From NCBI RefSeq assembly GCF_026210795.1, contig NC_089432.1, positions 2,852,001 to 2,916,000 on the forward strand: a stretch of DNA of 64,000 bases. The letters run 5' to 3'. The first letter of the stretch is position 1. The number at the start of each line of letters is the position of its first letter. Positions 47,542 through 60,915 of the stretch are shown here, piece after piece. Both the position numbers and the translations under genes were made by a program. The stretch comes from Rhizophagus irregularis (Eukaryota). The notes beneath the pieces are model-generated. The model worked only from the letters and a program-made list of their open reading frames with translations. It made no database searches and was not told the origin of the DNA.

Positions 47542-49086
47542 ATGTCATGTTCAAAAATATTTTTAGGAGATTTGCCCGAATTAACTTATGAAGTTGTAAA
47601 ATATTTTCATAATGATTTTTCAACTTTATATTCATGCGTTTTAATTAACAGATTATGGTGTCGTTTAGTGACTCCATTATTATGGGAAAATCCTTTTTCA
47701 ATCCGTACCAGGAACTATAATTATTTAGAAGTTTACTTACAATATTTAAATGATGATATTAAAACACAACTAAAAGAATATAAAGTTATTAATAATTCAT
47801 TACCTTCAAATACATTCTTTAATTATTCTATGTTTTTAAAACATTTGAATATACATAAGTTTGTTTTATCTTTTGAAAATTGGCTACGAGCTAAAACTCC
47901 AACCTTCGAAATTAGATTTACAATACTATTGAATGATATATGTACATCACTATTTAAAATATTTATCGAAAATGAGATAAAATTACATACTCTTGAACTT
48001 GAGATTTACTTTTTATATAGTGACACAATTTATGATAATATTATTAAATTAATTTTAAAGCATCCAAATTTCATTCATAATATTAGAAATCTAAAATATC
48101 TTGTGCGTGATTTTTGTACTAATATTCCAGTTAATGATCATCTATTACAAATAATTAAATCACATCAAAATTCAAAAAAAAATTTATTATCAGGATATAT
48201 TGATTTTCGTCTATATCAATCATTATTATTTTCAAAAGATTTTAATTGTTCAAATACCTTAAATACAATTACATTCTATCGAGCCAATTTGATTCATTTT
48301 ACTAGTAACATATTCGAACAATTAAATGTTTTGGAATCTGTTCATATTATTTATTGTTATTCTTTAAATGAGAATTTTCTTCAACAAATTAATAATTTAA
48401 CTAAACCATTTAAATTAAAATCTTTATTTATGGATGGTTTAATATCAATCGAATCAATAGAATTATTATTACAAAAATCTGGAAGTTATTTAGAAAATTT
48501 TGGGTATAAAATTCGCAATTCACTAATAAGTCAACGACATTTAGAATTAATTATAAAATATTGTAAAAATCTCAAATTTCTTGATTTTCATGGATATGAA
48601 AATCGGGTTACTTTTCGAGTAATCGAAAATATTATTAAACAAAATCTTAATTATCTTTCAATCAATATTGGGAGAGATTGTTATGGTAATATTAAAGGTA
48701 GTTCAATCATATTACAAAATTTAGGTCAAGTTCTCCCTTCTAAATTAGAATACTTGAGTTTGACTCTTACTATTAAAAGAAGTAAATTTAGAGTATTCTT
48801 AGAAAATTCCCAAAATATTTTTATTAATAAATTATTAATAATGCAAATAGGTAGTTATGATATTTTACATTATACAAAGGAATTTATTATGAATGAAAAA
48901 AGAGTCAATTATTTAGCTATCAGGAACAGTTATAATATAGATTTGTATGATTTGAGAGATGTAGTAAAGGAATTTAAGTTACATAATATTAAAGTTCGAA
49001 GTTTTTATGATTTAAGTTTATCTGATAAACTTAACCATCCTAGAGATTCTTTAAATAATAATCTTATTGATTATTTACGAGGATGA
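47542..49086 (+). CDS. F-box-like/LRR-like protein, tandem paralog of 44594-46165
   Basis: Intronless ORF from ATG 47542 with LPELTYEVVKYF..LYSCVLINRLWCRLVTPLLWENPF. Upstream sequence is shared with the first copy. Confidence 0.85.
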   Translation: MSCSKIFLGDLPELTYEVVKYFHNDFSTLYSCVLINRLWCRLVTPLLWENPFSIRTRNYNYLEVYLQYLNDDIKTQLKEYKVINNSLPSNTFFNYSMFLKHLNIHKFVLSFENWLRAKTPTFEIRFTILLNDICTSLFKIFIENEIKLHTLELEIYFLYSDTIYDNIIKLILKHPNFIHNIRNLKYLVRDFCTNIPVNDHLLQIIKSHQNSKKNLLSGYIDFRLYQSLLFSKDFNCSNTLNTITFYRANLIHFTSNIFEQLNVLESVHIIYCYSLNENFLQQINNLTKPFKLKSLFMDGLISIESIELLLQKSGSYLENFGYKIRNSLISQRHLELIIKYCKNLKFLDFHGYENRVTFRVIENIIKQNLNYLSINIGRDCYGNIKGSSIILQNLGQVLPSKLEYLSLTLTIKRSKFRVFLENSQNIFINKLLIMQIGSYDILHYTKEFIMNEKRVNYLAIRNSYNIDLYDLRDVVKEFKLHNIKVRSFYDLSLSDKLNHPRDSLNNNLIDYLRG

Positions 49087-50269
49087 ATATCATATATAAT
49101 TCATGACGATTTTATCATATGACAAAAAATTGGATGTTCCCTGTAGTTAAATCGATTGCAAATAAAAGTTTTAATAAATCATTTGATATTAAATTATTGC
49201 AAAATTAGATATGAACTAAAGCTTTTAATCTTATAAATTTCTTACTATCTGGATGAGCGAATACTGCATATTTTTTTCTTTTAAAATATATCCTTTCGAT
49301 ATCTAATGATCCGATTATCCATGTTTTGGCTAAAAATGCAGAAACATTCCTGAGAATAATTTTCTTTTTAAATATATTTCTCTAGATTGTGAAGCATCTT
49401 GCATAATTATTAGGAGCATATTGTTTTCGTTATAAAGGAAAAATCTTCGAATTTTGATACGAGTTATCGTGAAAAAAAAATGTTTGTGTTATAAATAATT
49501 TTTACTTTATTTTATTATTTATTGTAAATTCTGATATCATTTCTTCTCCACAGCGAGAAATTTTTTTACTAAAAAAAATTCAAATTACTATTAATATTTT
49601 CAAAATGTATCCCTAATAACATTTTAATCGAAGAAGTTAAAAAGATTTACCCTTATTAAGCTAATTTGGAGACTTCAAATAATTCGAATGAAAGTTAGTA
49701 ATTTTTTGGGTGATTTCAATTTGAAATTTAACTTTTAAGTGTTTCTCGTTTGGAGTTTCTAATATTTCCACCTGACAAAAAATGTTCGAAATTACTAAAA
49801 TATGCTTAGTTACTTATTTTATTTAGATTTTACTCACTTTAGCATACCCGTATTTATTTTCTTATTTAGAAATTTGCCAAAAAATGATTTATAATACGCT
49901 CATATCGATGTGGTAAAGTTACCAATAAAGGTCATTAATAAAAAAAGAAAAAAAATAAGCTTTATTTTATTGTAAGTCAAAGTATTACCGTAAATATAGT
50001 AGATCAAACTAGTAACGCAATTGCATCAAAGATTTAAATATCTGGGATATCTATTGGATAATAGGGAAGGATAATATGCGGATAAATCATTATCGGATTT
50101 GACGGATAATGGATCCAAACTCTAGGTTGATATTGAATAGTACATAATTTTTTTTTATAGCAAATATTGGAAAAATATTTTTCAATAAAATACATGAAAA
50201 GTTACAAATTTTATTCCATCATGAGATAATCATTGAATTGTGATGTGTGCCGTGACCGATGAACCTGGA

Positions 50270-50670
50270 TAATTACCTGGATAATTTTATTTTCCGGATA
50301 TCCGGTTTTATCCGGATAAATATCTGGTTAAAAAATATCCGGTGAATCCGGATAATAAAGTTTTGAAAAAAAATTTTAAAACCATAAGGGTAGTGGCGCA
50401 GCAATTTTAATGATCACGATTTTAACGGAAAATCGATTTTTTTTTTATATGCTTCAATTTATTTGCTTTTATATATATTGTAATATATTTATTTATGTTA
50501 ATTACATTTTTTTATAAATTTAAAAAATTGGTAGCATAATTCAGGTAAAATTCATAATGCCGGCCGAAATTATAATTTTTAATAAATGTCATTTATCTGA
50601 ATCGGTAAAAATCGGATAATTTTTTTAATTTATCCGGAATTTATTCGGATAACGGATTCTATCCGGATCG
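50270..50670. mobile_element. Degenerate member of the ATCCGGAT hAT-MITE family
   Basis: ATCCGGAT clusters plus the internal CATAATTCAGG.AAAATTC.TA.TGC.GGCCGAAATTA block shared with 27826-28725. Termini eroded. Confidence 0.65.
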
Positions 50671-50856
50671 AAAAGTTCGAAACATTATTTTGAGGCACAG
50701 ATCTTACTAAAATAAGTTAATTTTGAATGGACGCTTCCGAGATGATCGATAATTTACGCCAACTTATGGTTGTACAAACGTACGCTTAAATGTAAATATT
50801 ATTCCTAAAAATCTTACACTGGTAGAAGTTTAATTCTTTTGCAACAAAAAAAAAAT

Positions 50857-53800
50857 ATGGAAGGAAGTTCATGTCAGGTAAATTACAATTTAAGTAATAT
50901 TAATTATTTTAATTAATTAAAAATTGAGTTTATAATAATTTCATAAACATGTAGAGCGGAAGTTCTTCTAGCAATACTATTCCAGAAATTCACGACTCTG
51001 TTTTTTCATATAAAATTGTTTCGCATGAAAACTTCATCAATAATAGTATTCTTTTAAAATTAGAAGAGGATGGATTTATAACTCCCGATGAAAAGGCAGA
51101 AGAACTTATTAAGAAACTGACCGGCATAAAATATTTGTATGTATTAAAATTACTTTTTGAAAATTTACAAAATGAATTTTCACCTCAAATTCTCCGAGAT
51201 ACTTTGGTTGCCTTAGCGGATCCGACTCCATTCGATTTTTATGCAAAACAAAGTGTGACTAGATTGGAGTTACATTTAAGAACTTGGGTAACAGTCTTAG
51301 AACGGATATGCTTTTCACCAATAGTACTTAGTAAAGAACTTAGAGATAAAGTTTATAATTCTTTATCAAAATTTGCAGAAATTCATCGTAAAACGACTCA
51401 AGTTTTTGAAATAGGACTTGATAATAATTTTAGATCAAATTTTAACCAATTTAATCAACAAAACAACGATCAAGATGGCCAAATTATCAACAAAAAGCGT
51501 AATTATAACATTGACTTCTTATTAATCCACTTACGAGACACATTACATAGTTTGCGTGATGATGAAACTTGGTTTCAAGAAATTATACGAAGAACTAAAG
51601 AATTACTTAAAGCTACATTGAATATTACCCCAGGAATTTTATCAGTGGCGGGAGTTGCTCTTCCAAATGATAATTGTTCAATCTTATCAATGCTTACTCA
51701 AATACGTAAAAGCTTAAGTTTTAAATATCCTGTAGCATCTTATTATGTAGATTGGAGAATTATGTTGATGTTTCAACATAATCTTTTCACCTGGTCTGAA
51801 GGTACTGAAATGATAATTAGTAAGAAATTCTGCGAGTTGGTATTAATGGAATATCTTTGGGGCTTCTTGGAAAGAGAATGGATTGACATAACTAATAAAT
51901 CTATTTTAGATTCTCAAACAAAATTTGATGAAGTATCAAATAAAGTTACTAAAGCTTTAAAAAACACTGGAAATTTCTTAAATGATCTCGCTGGAAATGA
52001 ACCTATTGCATTACCACATACCTTATGGTTTGGAATATTGGATCTTGCACAAAACCTTATTCAAAAATCTACTCAAACTGCTACATATGGTCTTTGTTAT
52101 TATTTAGCAATTGAATCACTTAATAAAGCTCCAAGTAGTTTCATTCAATTTAAAGCAGTTGAAATATTATTACATTTACATAATATTGATAGTAAAATGT
52201 TTTCAATGATTGATGATGATATTGATCAATATATAAAAAAATTAAATGAAAATAAATCATTTGAAGAAAAATTTCAAAATTTATTATTATTTATTAAAGG
52301 AAAATATCTTGAAGACTTAAAAATTTTAAGTGAAAATATTGGAAAAGAAAAGGAAGGAAAAGGAAAAGGAAAAAGTTTAAGTCAAAATTCATATTTAAAG
52401 AGAGAACAAACATCAAATTCTAATGTTATAGATATTATAGCAGATGAAATGACATGTCCAATTAGTAGTGAACCAGAGGATCAATTATGTATTTTAATAT
52501 GTCAACATACATTATCATTAAATAATTTAAAATTATTAAAACAAAAATTATGTCCTAAATGTAGAGAAAAAATTGAAGAAAATGACATCAGATATTTACC
52601 ACAAAATTCCATTTATAAAAATTTATATATTAAATTTTCTGAATCTGGACATATTATACCTCCAATTAAATTAGAAAATTCAGATCAAATATATGATAGT
52701 GATGATTCAGATAATTCAGAAGCTGATCTTATATTAGCTAAAAAGAAAAAATCTATGAATTCAATTATTAAATTAAATTCAAATATATCATTATCATCAA
52801 TACTTTCAAGAAATTCAAAAAAACAACATCCGACTTATCAAAATATTATAAAAGAAATAAATGAAAAACATTATGAAAAAGCTGAATCATTGTGCAAAGA
52901 ATTTTTAAATTTTTTTCCTAAAAGTTATTCTTTAAGATGCATTTTAGGTTTTATTTATAGATGTCTTAAAAATTATGAACAAGCACACTTCTATTTGAAA
53001 GAAGCCATTAATTTAAAACCAAAAGAACCAATTGCTTATTTAATTTGTGGAGAAATATTTTTTTGGCAAAGTAACTATAGTGAATCAGTAAATAATTTAT
53101 GCATGTCAATAGATTATAAGGTTAAAATAAATAACGTATATATAATAACTGGAAATAGTAACTTATTTCATGACTGTTATGGTACATATTACTATAATAT
53201 TGCATTAAGAAATGATCCAGATAATTATTTATGTCTTAAGTATAATGCATTTTGCTATGCAAAGTATGGTTATTATAATAATGCTTTAGAAATGTTAGAT
53301 AAACTGCTGAATATCAACAATGATGATTCATTAATTTTATGTTATTATGGAGAAATTTTATATATCATAGGACAATATAGTAAAGCTATATCATATTTTA
53401 CAAAAGCAAATATTATTGATCCAGAAAATACTCATAATTTAATTAAAAGAGCTATTGCCTATTATACTCTTCAAGATTATAATAAAGTTTTATTAGATCT
53501 TGATAAAGTTATACAATTAGATCCATTAAATAGTTTAGCATATTATATCAAGTGTCAAATTTATTATGCAAAAAAAGATATTGATAATTCTATAATGGTA
53601 TTTAAAAAGTATAAAGAATTATTAGATTTTAATGATATATTAGCAAAAACTCGACTATTTCATCTAGAATATTTACTGAATAAAAATAATTCTACAGAAT
53701 TAAATAATAAATTAACAAAAATTAAAATTAATCAAATTTCTAATATTCAAGGTAGTGTATTACTACTTTTTGTTAGATGCAAAGTATACATAGAATTAAA

Positions 53801-54878
53801 AATGTATCATGAAGCAATGTTAGACTTGGACTTGTTACATTCTAAACGTTATGGATATGAATATAATTCATATATTCATTTATTACGAGAATACACGGAT
53901 TTTTGGTTATATTTAAATGTTAATAACAATAATGATCTTTCCGAACTTGGAATTGTTAATGGATTTAGTAAACACATTTATGAAAGTAAGAGAATGCTTA
54001 ATTTATTAATTTCTTATAATGTTTTATAATTGATCTATTAATTAATAAATTATTTAGAATCACACGTTTATTTTATATCAAATCTGGTAAATTTAAATAG
54101 TGAACTTCATCAACTTCAAGAAAATGAAATAAATAGGTAAATGAATGTATTCATTATGCATTTTAAAATTTCAAAATTGTGTGGTAAATTTTTTAACTAT
54201 GAATTTCTTAGTTTATCAGGAAAGATAATAAGTTCAAAAAATGAAGAGCTTCATTTGAATTTGCCCATGCTATATTTTGAGTGGTGTGATGGAATTATTT
54301 GGAAAATAAATGTTAAAGAAATACTAAATAAAGATTGCTTTATAAAATTTATAATTAAAAGCACTGTAAGTTTATTAATTGCTAAAATCTCTTTTTTCAC
54401 TATTAAAATGTTATTTTAAATTAATATATGGATTTATTATTTCTGCATAGTATAAGGATTCTAAACTAAAACATTATGAACATGTGTTAAAATATGAAGA
54501 TGTGTTAAAACTTGAGGGATTAGGTTGGATTGAATATAAACTTCCAAAAATTAGAAATAACCATTATATACAACCTTCAATTGAAATAAATGGTTCTATT
54601 AATATGGTATATTTCATTTTACTTGTGACATTTTATATAAAAGAAAATTGGTTTGAGTAACTCAGCATTATTATTTATTCATATAGCAAATAGATTATTT
54701 CCGACATGGGTCTAATAGAGAAAAGATAACTTATATTCCTAACGTATGTATAGGTGATTTATTACCAAATTTTTATAAAACTTGTCCAAATATTCCAGAA
54801 ACTTTTGAAGATAAATATTTTTCAAGAAAAGAAATGGAAAGCTTGCTTGAGCTGAAGGATATAATTAACCACCTATGA
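50857..54878 (+). CDS. Large protein with an uncharacterised helical N-terminus, a U-box/degenerate RING and TPR repeats (6 exons)
   Basis: Exons 50857-50877, 50955-53985, 54058-54136, 54212-54365, 54451-54606, 54687-54878, phase-consistent. U-box/RING-like MTCPIS...CQHTL...CPKCREKI. TPR-like YYGEILYIIGQYSKAISYFTKANIIDPEN. Confidence 0.85.
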
Positions 54879-55291
54879 CTGTTTTTTTTTAAATTGATAC
54901 TGTTTCATTTTTTTTCATTTGCTTTATTTGTAATATTTTAAAATTAATGAATTCATTTTATTTATTGTAAAAAAAATTCAATTTAAAAATAATTAAACTA
55001 ATATATTAAAAACTTTAGACATCACTAACCTTGACCCAAACCTAAAAGATAAAAGAAAGAAAAATAATAGAAAGAAAAAAAATAGTAAAAAAATACTAGG
55101 AAAAAAATATTATTAAAATAAAATTTGGAGGTATTTATTATAGCATCACAGCATCTTTCCGATCACTGATCCAAATATAATAGGTAAAAGAATGAAAAAA
55201 AAATATTAACAAAAAAATAGATGTGAAAAAAAATTATTATTGAAAACAAGGATTGAGAAAAAGAATGATTAATAATGTACTTATATAACAA

Positions 55292-55328
55292 CTAGTTAGG
55301 TTGATGTGTGGTGACTTCATCGCCACCA
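55292..55328 (-). mobile_element. Possible Helitron 3' terminus
   Basis: Hairpin TGGTGA-CTTCA-TCGCCA about 13 nt from CTAG, followed by T on the minus strand. Confidence 0.4.
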
Positions 55329-55879
55329 GATAGATTGTTCAAAGCATAAGTGATTGGGTTAAAAATAATACAATTTTTTTTTTTTGATAAATGATAGAAA
55401 ATTTTCTTTCTATGATTTAGAGTGCGAAGTTCACTGTTAATAAACACATATTCTAGATATCAAATAATAATTAAAACATTACAAATAAAAAATTTTTTCT
55501 TTTAGTAATAAACGCCGTTACTAGATTAGTATTTATGACAAATTGTAATTTGTATAATAGAAATCTCGTACAAATAAAATATAGTATCAGGCAAACATTA
55601 TTTATTAGGTGTTATTGCATATTACAATATTACAAATATCAGTTATTATAAATTGAACAATTATTATAATAGTAGAAATTTCCTGCAATGGCTATTTGTC
55701 ATTTTATTTTTTTTATTAAATCTGAAGTCTTGGTAAACCCAGACAATATAATTTCATCACTTTTTCATTATGCTGTACTTCTCTTTTATCAGCTTTTAAG
55801 TCAGCATCAGATATTTCTTCAGTTAATTTTTGCATATCTGAACTGAAAATCTTCCTTTATTTCTTCTTTTGTTACTTTG

Positions 55880-55999
55880 ACACTCCAGCTGATTAATTTC
55901 TGTATAACCAGAAATTGCCATTGCTTCAAACTTTTCATTTCCGGCATCAAATATTGATTGAATTGTTGAATCTCTTCCTGAATGGTTAGAAATATTCAT
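55880..55999 (-). mobile_element. Tyrosine-recombinase (Crypton-like) remnant
   Basis: MNISNHSGRDSTIQSIFDAGNEKFEAMAISGY carries the HxxR...SG(H) catalytic pattern of YR proteins. Decayed. Confidence 0.6.
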
Positions 56000-56128
56000 C
56001 TAGATATATAATACCACATACAATGCAGACTTCTTCGTGAAGCCATTTCTCTGAACAATTTTTCACCAAGTAATCAATAAATCAATCTGCATGTACAATT
56101 TGACAGATATTAATATTTTTAAAATAAA

Positions 56129-56160
56129 CTAGCAGTCACCCATTGCTTCGTACTAAGATC
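56129..56160 (-). mobile_element. Degenerate Helitron 3' terminus, same family as 20045
   Basis: CTAGCAGTCACCCATTGCTTCG vs CTAGCAGTTACCCGTTGCTTCG at 20045. Hairpin partly mutated. Confidence 0.6.
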
Positions 56161-57825
56161 AATGAACTTAAACCATAAATAAATTGTGCACAAATAATAT
56201 TTAAATTTATAATCATTTTAATGATTACATACTAATTAAAAGGTTGTAAACAAAAAAATATATAATTATTTTAATTATTACGCAGCAATGACCCGATCCA
56301 AAGCTATGAGATGAAGAGATGAAAAAAAAATTATGAAGGGAAAATAATTGGTAAAAAAATAAAGAAATGGGGAAAAAGCCAATCTGATCACTGATCCAAA
56401 CATAAATGGTGAAATTTTTTCGGTTTGAAAAAAAACCGAAACGAAAAAAAAGGGAGAAATTTCAGTTTAGAAAAAACCAAAAAAAAGAAAATTAAGAATA
56501 TTAATTAAATATTTAGAAGAAAAAATTTAGGTTGAAAAAAAAAATGAAAAAAATTTTAAGAAAAAATTAGCTTTAAAAAAACCAAAAAGAAACTAAATTT
56601 AAAATATTAAATACTGGAAAATTTTTGGTTTAGAAAGAAATTAAGAATATTTGGGGTGAAAAAAAACTGAAAAATTTCAACAGTGGAATAATAAAAAAAA
56701 AATTCCGTTAACCGGAATTGGATTAGCCCTCTGTACATTGAATCATCATTTGTGATGGAAAAGCAAAAAAAATGAGCGCTGTATCATAACCTAAACTGGA
56801 AACTAAAGGCGTTGACACTTTTGGCTTTTCTTTACCGCTATTAGATCGTGAAAAGATTGGTAAATTCAGCATCTTGGTATTATCTGTAGAGTCTAAAAAT
56901 AATCTAATGATCAATTTTTTTCGAAATTATTTATTGATATTATAATACAATAAAAAAAAATTAAAAATTTTCTTTTACCTCATTCTTGAGTTCAAACTTC
57001 ATAATAATCTGTATCCTTTATCAAGAATGTTAAACAATAAGTTTCATAGTTTTGCTCTGCTGGAATATCATTTATTGTTTGCGTAAGGGAAGGTTTTATT
57101 GCAATTTCCTATGTAACCGTTGGAGCAATACCAGGATATATCTGAGTAAGTACCTTTTATTGTAATTTCAGATTTTTCTATTGCTGATACATTTGTCTAT
57201 CAAGATACGGTCAGAGCTCAATACAACTAGTATGCGATATAACGAATTTCATGATAAAGCTATTTTTCAAGATTTTATTTATATACAGTATATGAATATA
57301 CTTACAGACGGCTCTAAACATAAATTTCGACATAGCAAGTTCTGACTTTACGTTAAATCAGCTATATAAAATAGACAATGTTATATGTTACTTTGTTTTT
57401 TTTTATTTCATTCTAAGTTGATACTATTATGCAGTATGCTGTAGCGTATTCTTCGCATATAAGTATTTCCATTTACTGTAGGTCTCTCATTTTTCTATTT
57501 TACAATTACAGCATTTGTAACAGACTAATAGTATGAATAAAATAAAAAAAATGTAGTAATAATAAAGTTTTTTCTTTATGATTCTTGAAGGTATTAAGCA
57601 ATATTAATTAACATGTCTAATTTAGAGCAAAGTTTTTGTGAAATCATGTATTATGGCAGTGGTATAATGATTTTATAGACAAAAATTTATTTTATTTATA
57701 AATTATAAAAATTATATCGTTTAAATACAAAAAAAAATTGAAAAATACAAATTACTTTGAACTATAATTATTTAATTTTTAATTAAACTAAAAATCCAAA
57801 AAAAAAGCTATTATTAAATTCAATC

Positions 57826-60057
57826 TTAAACTTTTTTCAACATATTTAATTTTAATTTTGCATCTTGATCTCCTTGTTCAGCAGCTTTTTTGTACCAATA
57901 AATTGCTTGATTTATATCCTTTTTAATTCCATTACCATTTTCATACATTAATGCAAGATTAAATTGAGCTGTATCATTTTCTAAATTTGCTGCTTCTTGA
58001 TATAATTCAAATGCCTTTTGTACATTAACATCAGTTCCAATTCCATTATCATAACAATATCCTAAAAGATTTATTCCACCTGAATTTTTTCCATCCGCTG
58101 ATTTTTTAGATAATTCAAAAGCTTTATTATCATCATCAAGTCCAAATTCACTTCCATGTATATGTAATAATGCAAGATTATATTGAGCTAAATTATTACC
58201 TAAATCTGCTGCTTTTTGATATAATTCAAATGCTTTTATCCTATTAACATCAGTTCCTATTCCATTATAATAACAATATCCTAATAAATTTATTCCACTT
58301 AAATACTTTTTTTCTACTAATTTATTAGATAATTCAAAAGCTTTAATATGATTTATAATAGTACCATCACCATCTATATACATTAAAGCAAGACTAAATT
58401 TAGCTATATTATTACCTAATTCGGCTGATTTTTTATATAATTCAAAAGCTTTTTGTTTATTAATAATAGTTCCAATTCCATAATAATTAAAATATCCAAG
58501 TAAATAAATAGAATTAGAATTATTTTGATTATTTAAGAGCCAATTATAAATTTCTTTTATAGAAATATTAAAAGTATTAATAATTTTAAAAACATCTTTT
58601 CTTCTTGTTTTTTCTTCTTTTCCTTCATTTACTTCCTTAAAATAAAGTTTAACTAATTCATCAATAATAATACTTAAATCCTCTTCATAAATGTTTCCAT
58701 GAATATTTTGTGTTGTAGGTTCGATTTCCTTTATATTAATTTTATTAAAATTTGGAATAATTTGAAATAATTCTTCATTCGATGAATCATTTGTATTTGA
58801 TGTATTACCATAATCAAAATTAAGTTTAGGTTTCTGTGTTATCGTTTTGTTTTTTGTAATAATTTCTTTTAATTTAGCAACTACTTGATCCATTGTTGGT
58901 CTATTATCTGGTTCATTATCCCAGCATTCTAAACAAGAAACAAAATGAGATCTTTCAAATTTAATGTTTTTAAAAATTAAATCATTATATTTACCTGTAT
59001 AAAGAATAGAGTAATCAAGAGGAGTATTTTGAACAATCGTCTCTCTATAACCTTGTAAGATTCGCATAACCAAACCAGTATCAAATGGTTCATCCTTAAA
59101 TGGTAGTCTACCACTTGATATTTCCCATAATAATACACCAATACTATATACATCACTCTTCTCATTTAATGGAGATTGCTTTATTATATTAATATTATTT
59201 AACCATTTTGGATCAATATAAGGAATTTTATCGAATGAACTCGATCGTTGATTATTAGATTCTTCAATTCTTTTTGATAAAAATCCAAAATCGGCTAATT
59301 TGATAGTATTTTGATGAACTAATATACTGCCAGGGTGCTATTATAAAAATATAATAATAAAATATATAAGTGATCAAACATAAAAATAATTTTTAAAATA
59401 ATTTTAATGAAATAAGTCAATTAAGTCAATTACCAAATTACAATGTACGATCCATCTATCATGTAAAAATAATACAGCACATGTCAATTGATATGCCATT
59501 TCATGTTTATCTTTCCAAGTAAGATTATTAAAATTTTCTTTTAAATAGCTTCGAAGGGAACTACCATCAGCATACTCCATTACAAGTAAACATTTCTTAG
59601 TTTGATCAATTAGATTTTCTAGAAATAAATGAGTTTATTGATATAAAAAAAAAGTAAATATAATATTCTTAAAAATATTTAATATTTTTTCTTACCTTTG
59701 TCAGTGATACCAAAAAATTTAATAATTTTTTTATTTAAATCAACTTCACGACGAAGTTCAAGCTAATATTATTAAAATTAATATTAATTCTATTACGAAT
59801 AAATTAATCGTATATAATAAAATTACCTCGTGGATGATTTCCTTTACATTTGTGCTGTTAGCGTTAAAGGATTTAAGTACAAAACATTTTTCCGAATTTT
59901 TCCAATTTGCACGACAAACATTTTTACCAATTTTTTTAATATTATGAAAATGTTCGTATTCATAATATTTTATATCATTTTCAGAAATGGCTTTTTCAAT
60001 CCAAATAATCCAGTCATTTGGATTTTTGTTAATTTGTACGTCGTTTTTGTCAGACAT
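57826..60057 (-). CDS. Pseudokinase (TKL-like) with Sel1-like repeats (5 exons)
   Basis: Same exon layout as the + strand kinase-Sel1 genes. Gly-rich loop deleted (KKIGKNVCRA), catalytic loop reads HCNLHPGS, DFG retained. Long Sel1 array. Confidence 0.88.
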
Positions 60058-60269
60058 TGAAAAAAATTATTATAGAGAGTACTATGGAGTTAAAAAAAAA
60101 AATAAATAAATAAAATAAAAATGAAAAGGCCAAACATTAACCCTTTATAAGTAAACATATTAGTCAGGTCATTGATCTGTTACGTTATTTGGTTAGTCAA
60201 TTATGCACGTTATCTATTATGCATAATAGTTGTTTTGTGATTTGTCACGTGATATTTCGATATTGTTAA

Positions 60270-60634
60270 TTCAATGACGGATAACTTCCCGACAACCATT
60301 TTCTCGGCGTACCCTTTACCCAACAATGATTGTTCCGACATGGCAGATACCCAAAGGACTTTTACCAATAGGCACATTTCCCCAAAATGAGTGATTGGAT
60401 AATCGTTCGTGGACAATTTAGCATATTTTCTTTTTCTTTCTGTCGATAAAATGTCTGTCGGAATATATTTGTTGGGATATATGTTGTTTGGATACGTATT
60501 GTTGGAATGTGTTGTTGGGATAATATCACGTCGAGAAAGTCCATTCGGTAATATGTCGTGCCGACCGCCGATAAAACGTTGTCGAGCAAAGGATATTTTG
60601 GAGAATGGTCGTCGGGAAAACCGTGGTATGTCCC
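60270..60634. mobile_element. Degenerate TIR element upstream of the pseudokinase gene
   Basis: TTCCCGACAACCATTTTC vs GAGAATGGTCGTCGGGAA and further imperfect inverted blocks. TSD not found. Confidence 0.55.
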
Positions 60635-60798
60635 TTTAATATGAAGTATAAAATGATTCAACATAATTTCTTATATAATTTTCCTAATTTTGTTAATTTC
60701 AAAGATTTCTTTGTATGAACAATGTAAACAAATACAGACAGACCTATACTGTTGTTTTGGGAAAATATATCGGTATATCAAATTATCGTTATCGTTAC

Positions 60799-60915
60799 GG
60801 GTCTGGTTCACTTCATCGACAAACATTTCACGACAAACGTTTCACCGACAAACGTTTCACCGACAAACGTTTCACCGACAGGGTTATTTTACCGACAGAC
60901 AATCATTTCACCGAC
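60799..60915. repeat. 15-bp tandem repeat ACAAACGTTTCACCG, probably a TE subterminal array
   Basis: About 4-5 units after GGGTCTGGTTCACTTCA. A similar same-orientation block lies at 61245-61305. Confidence 0.7.
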
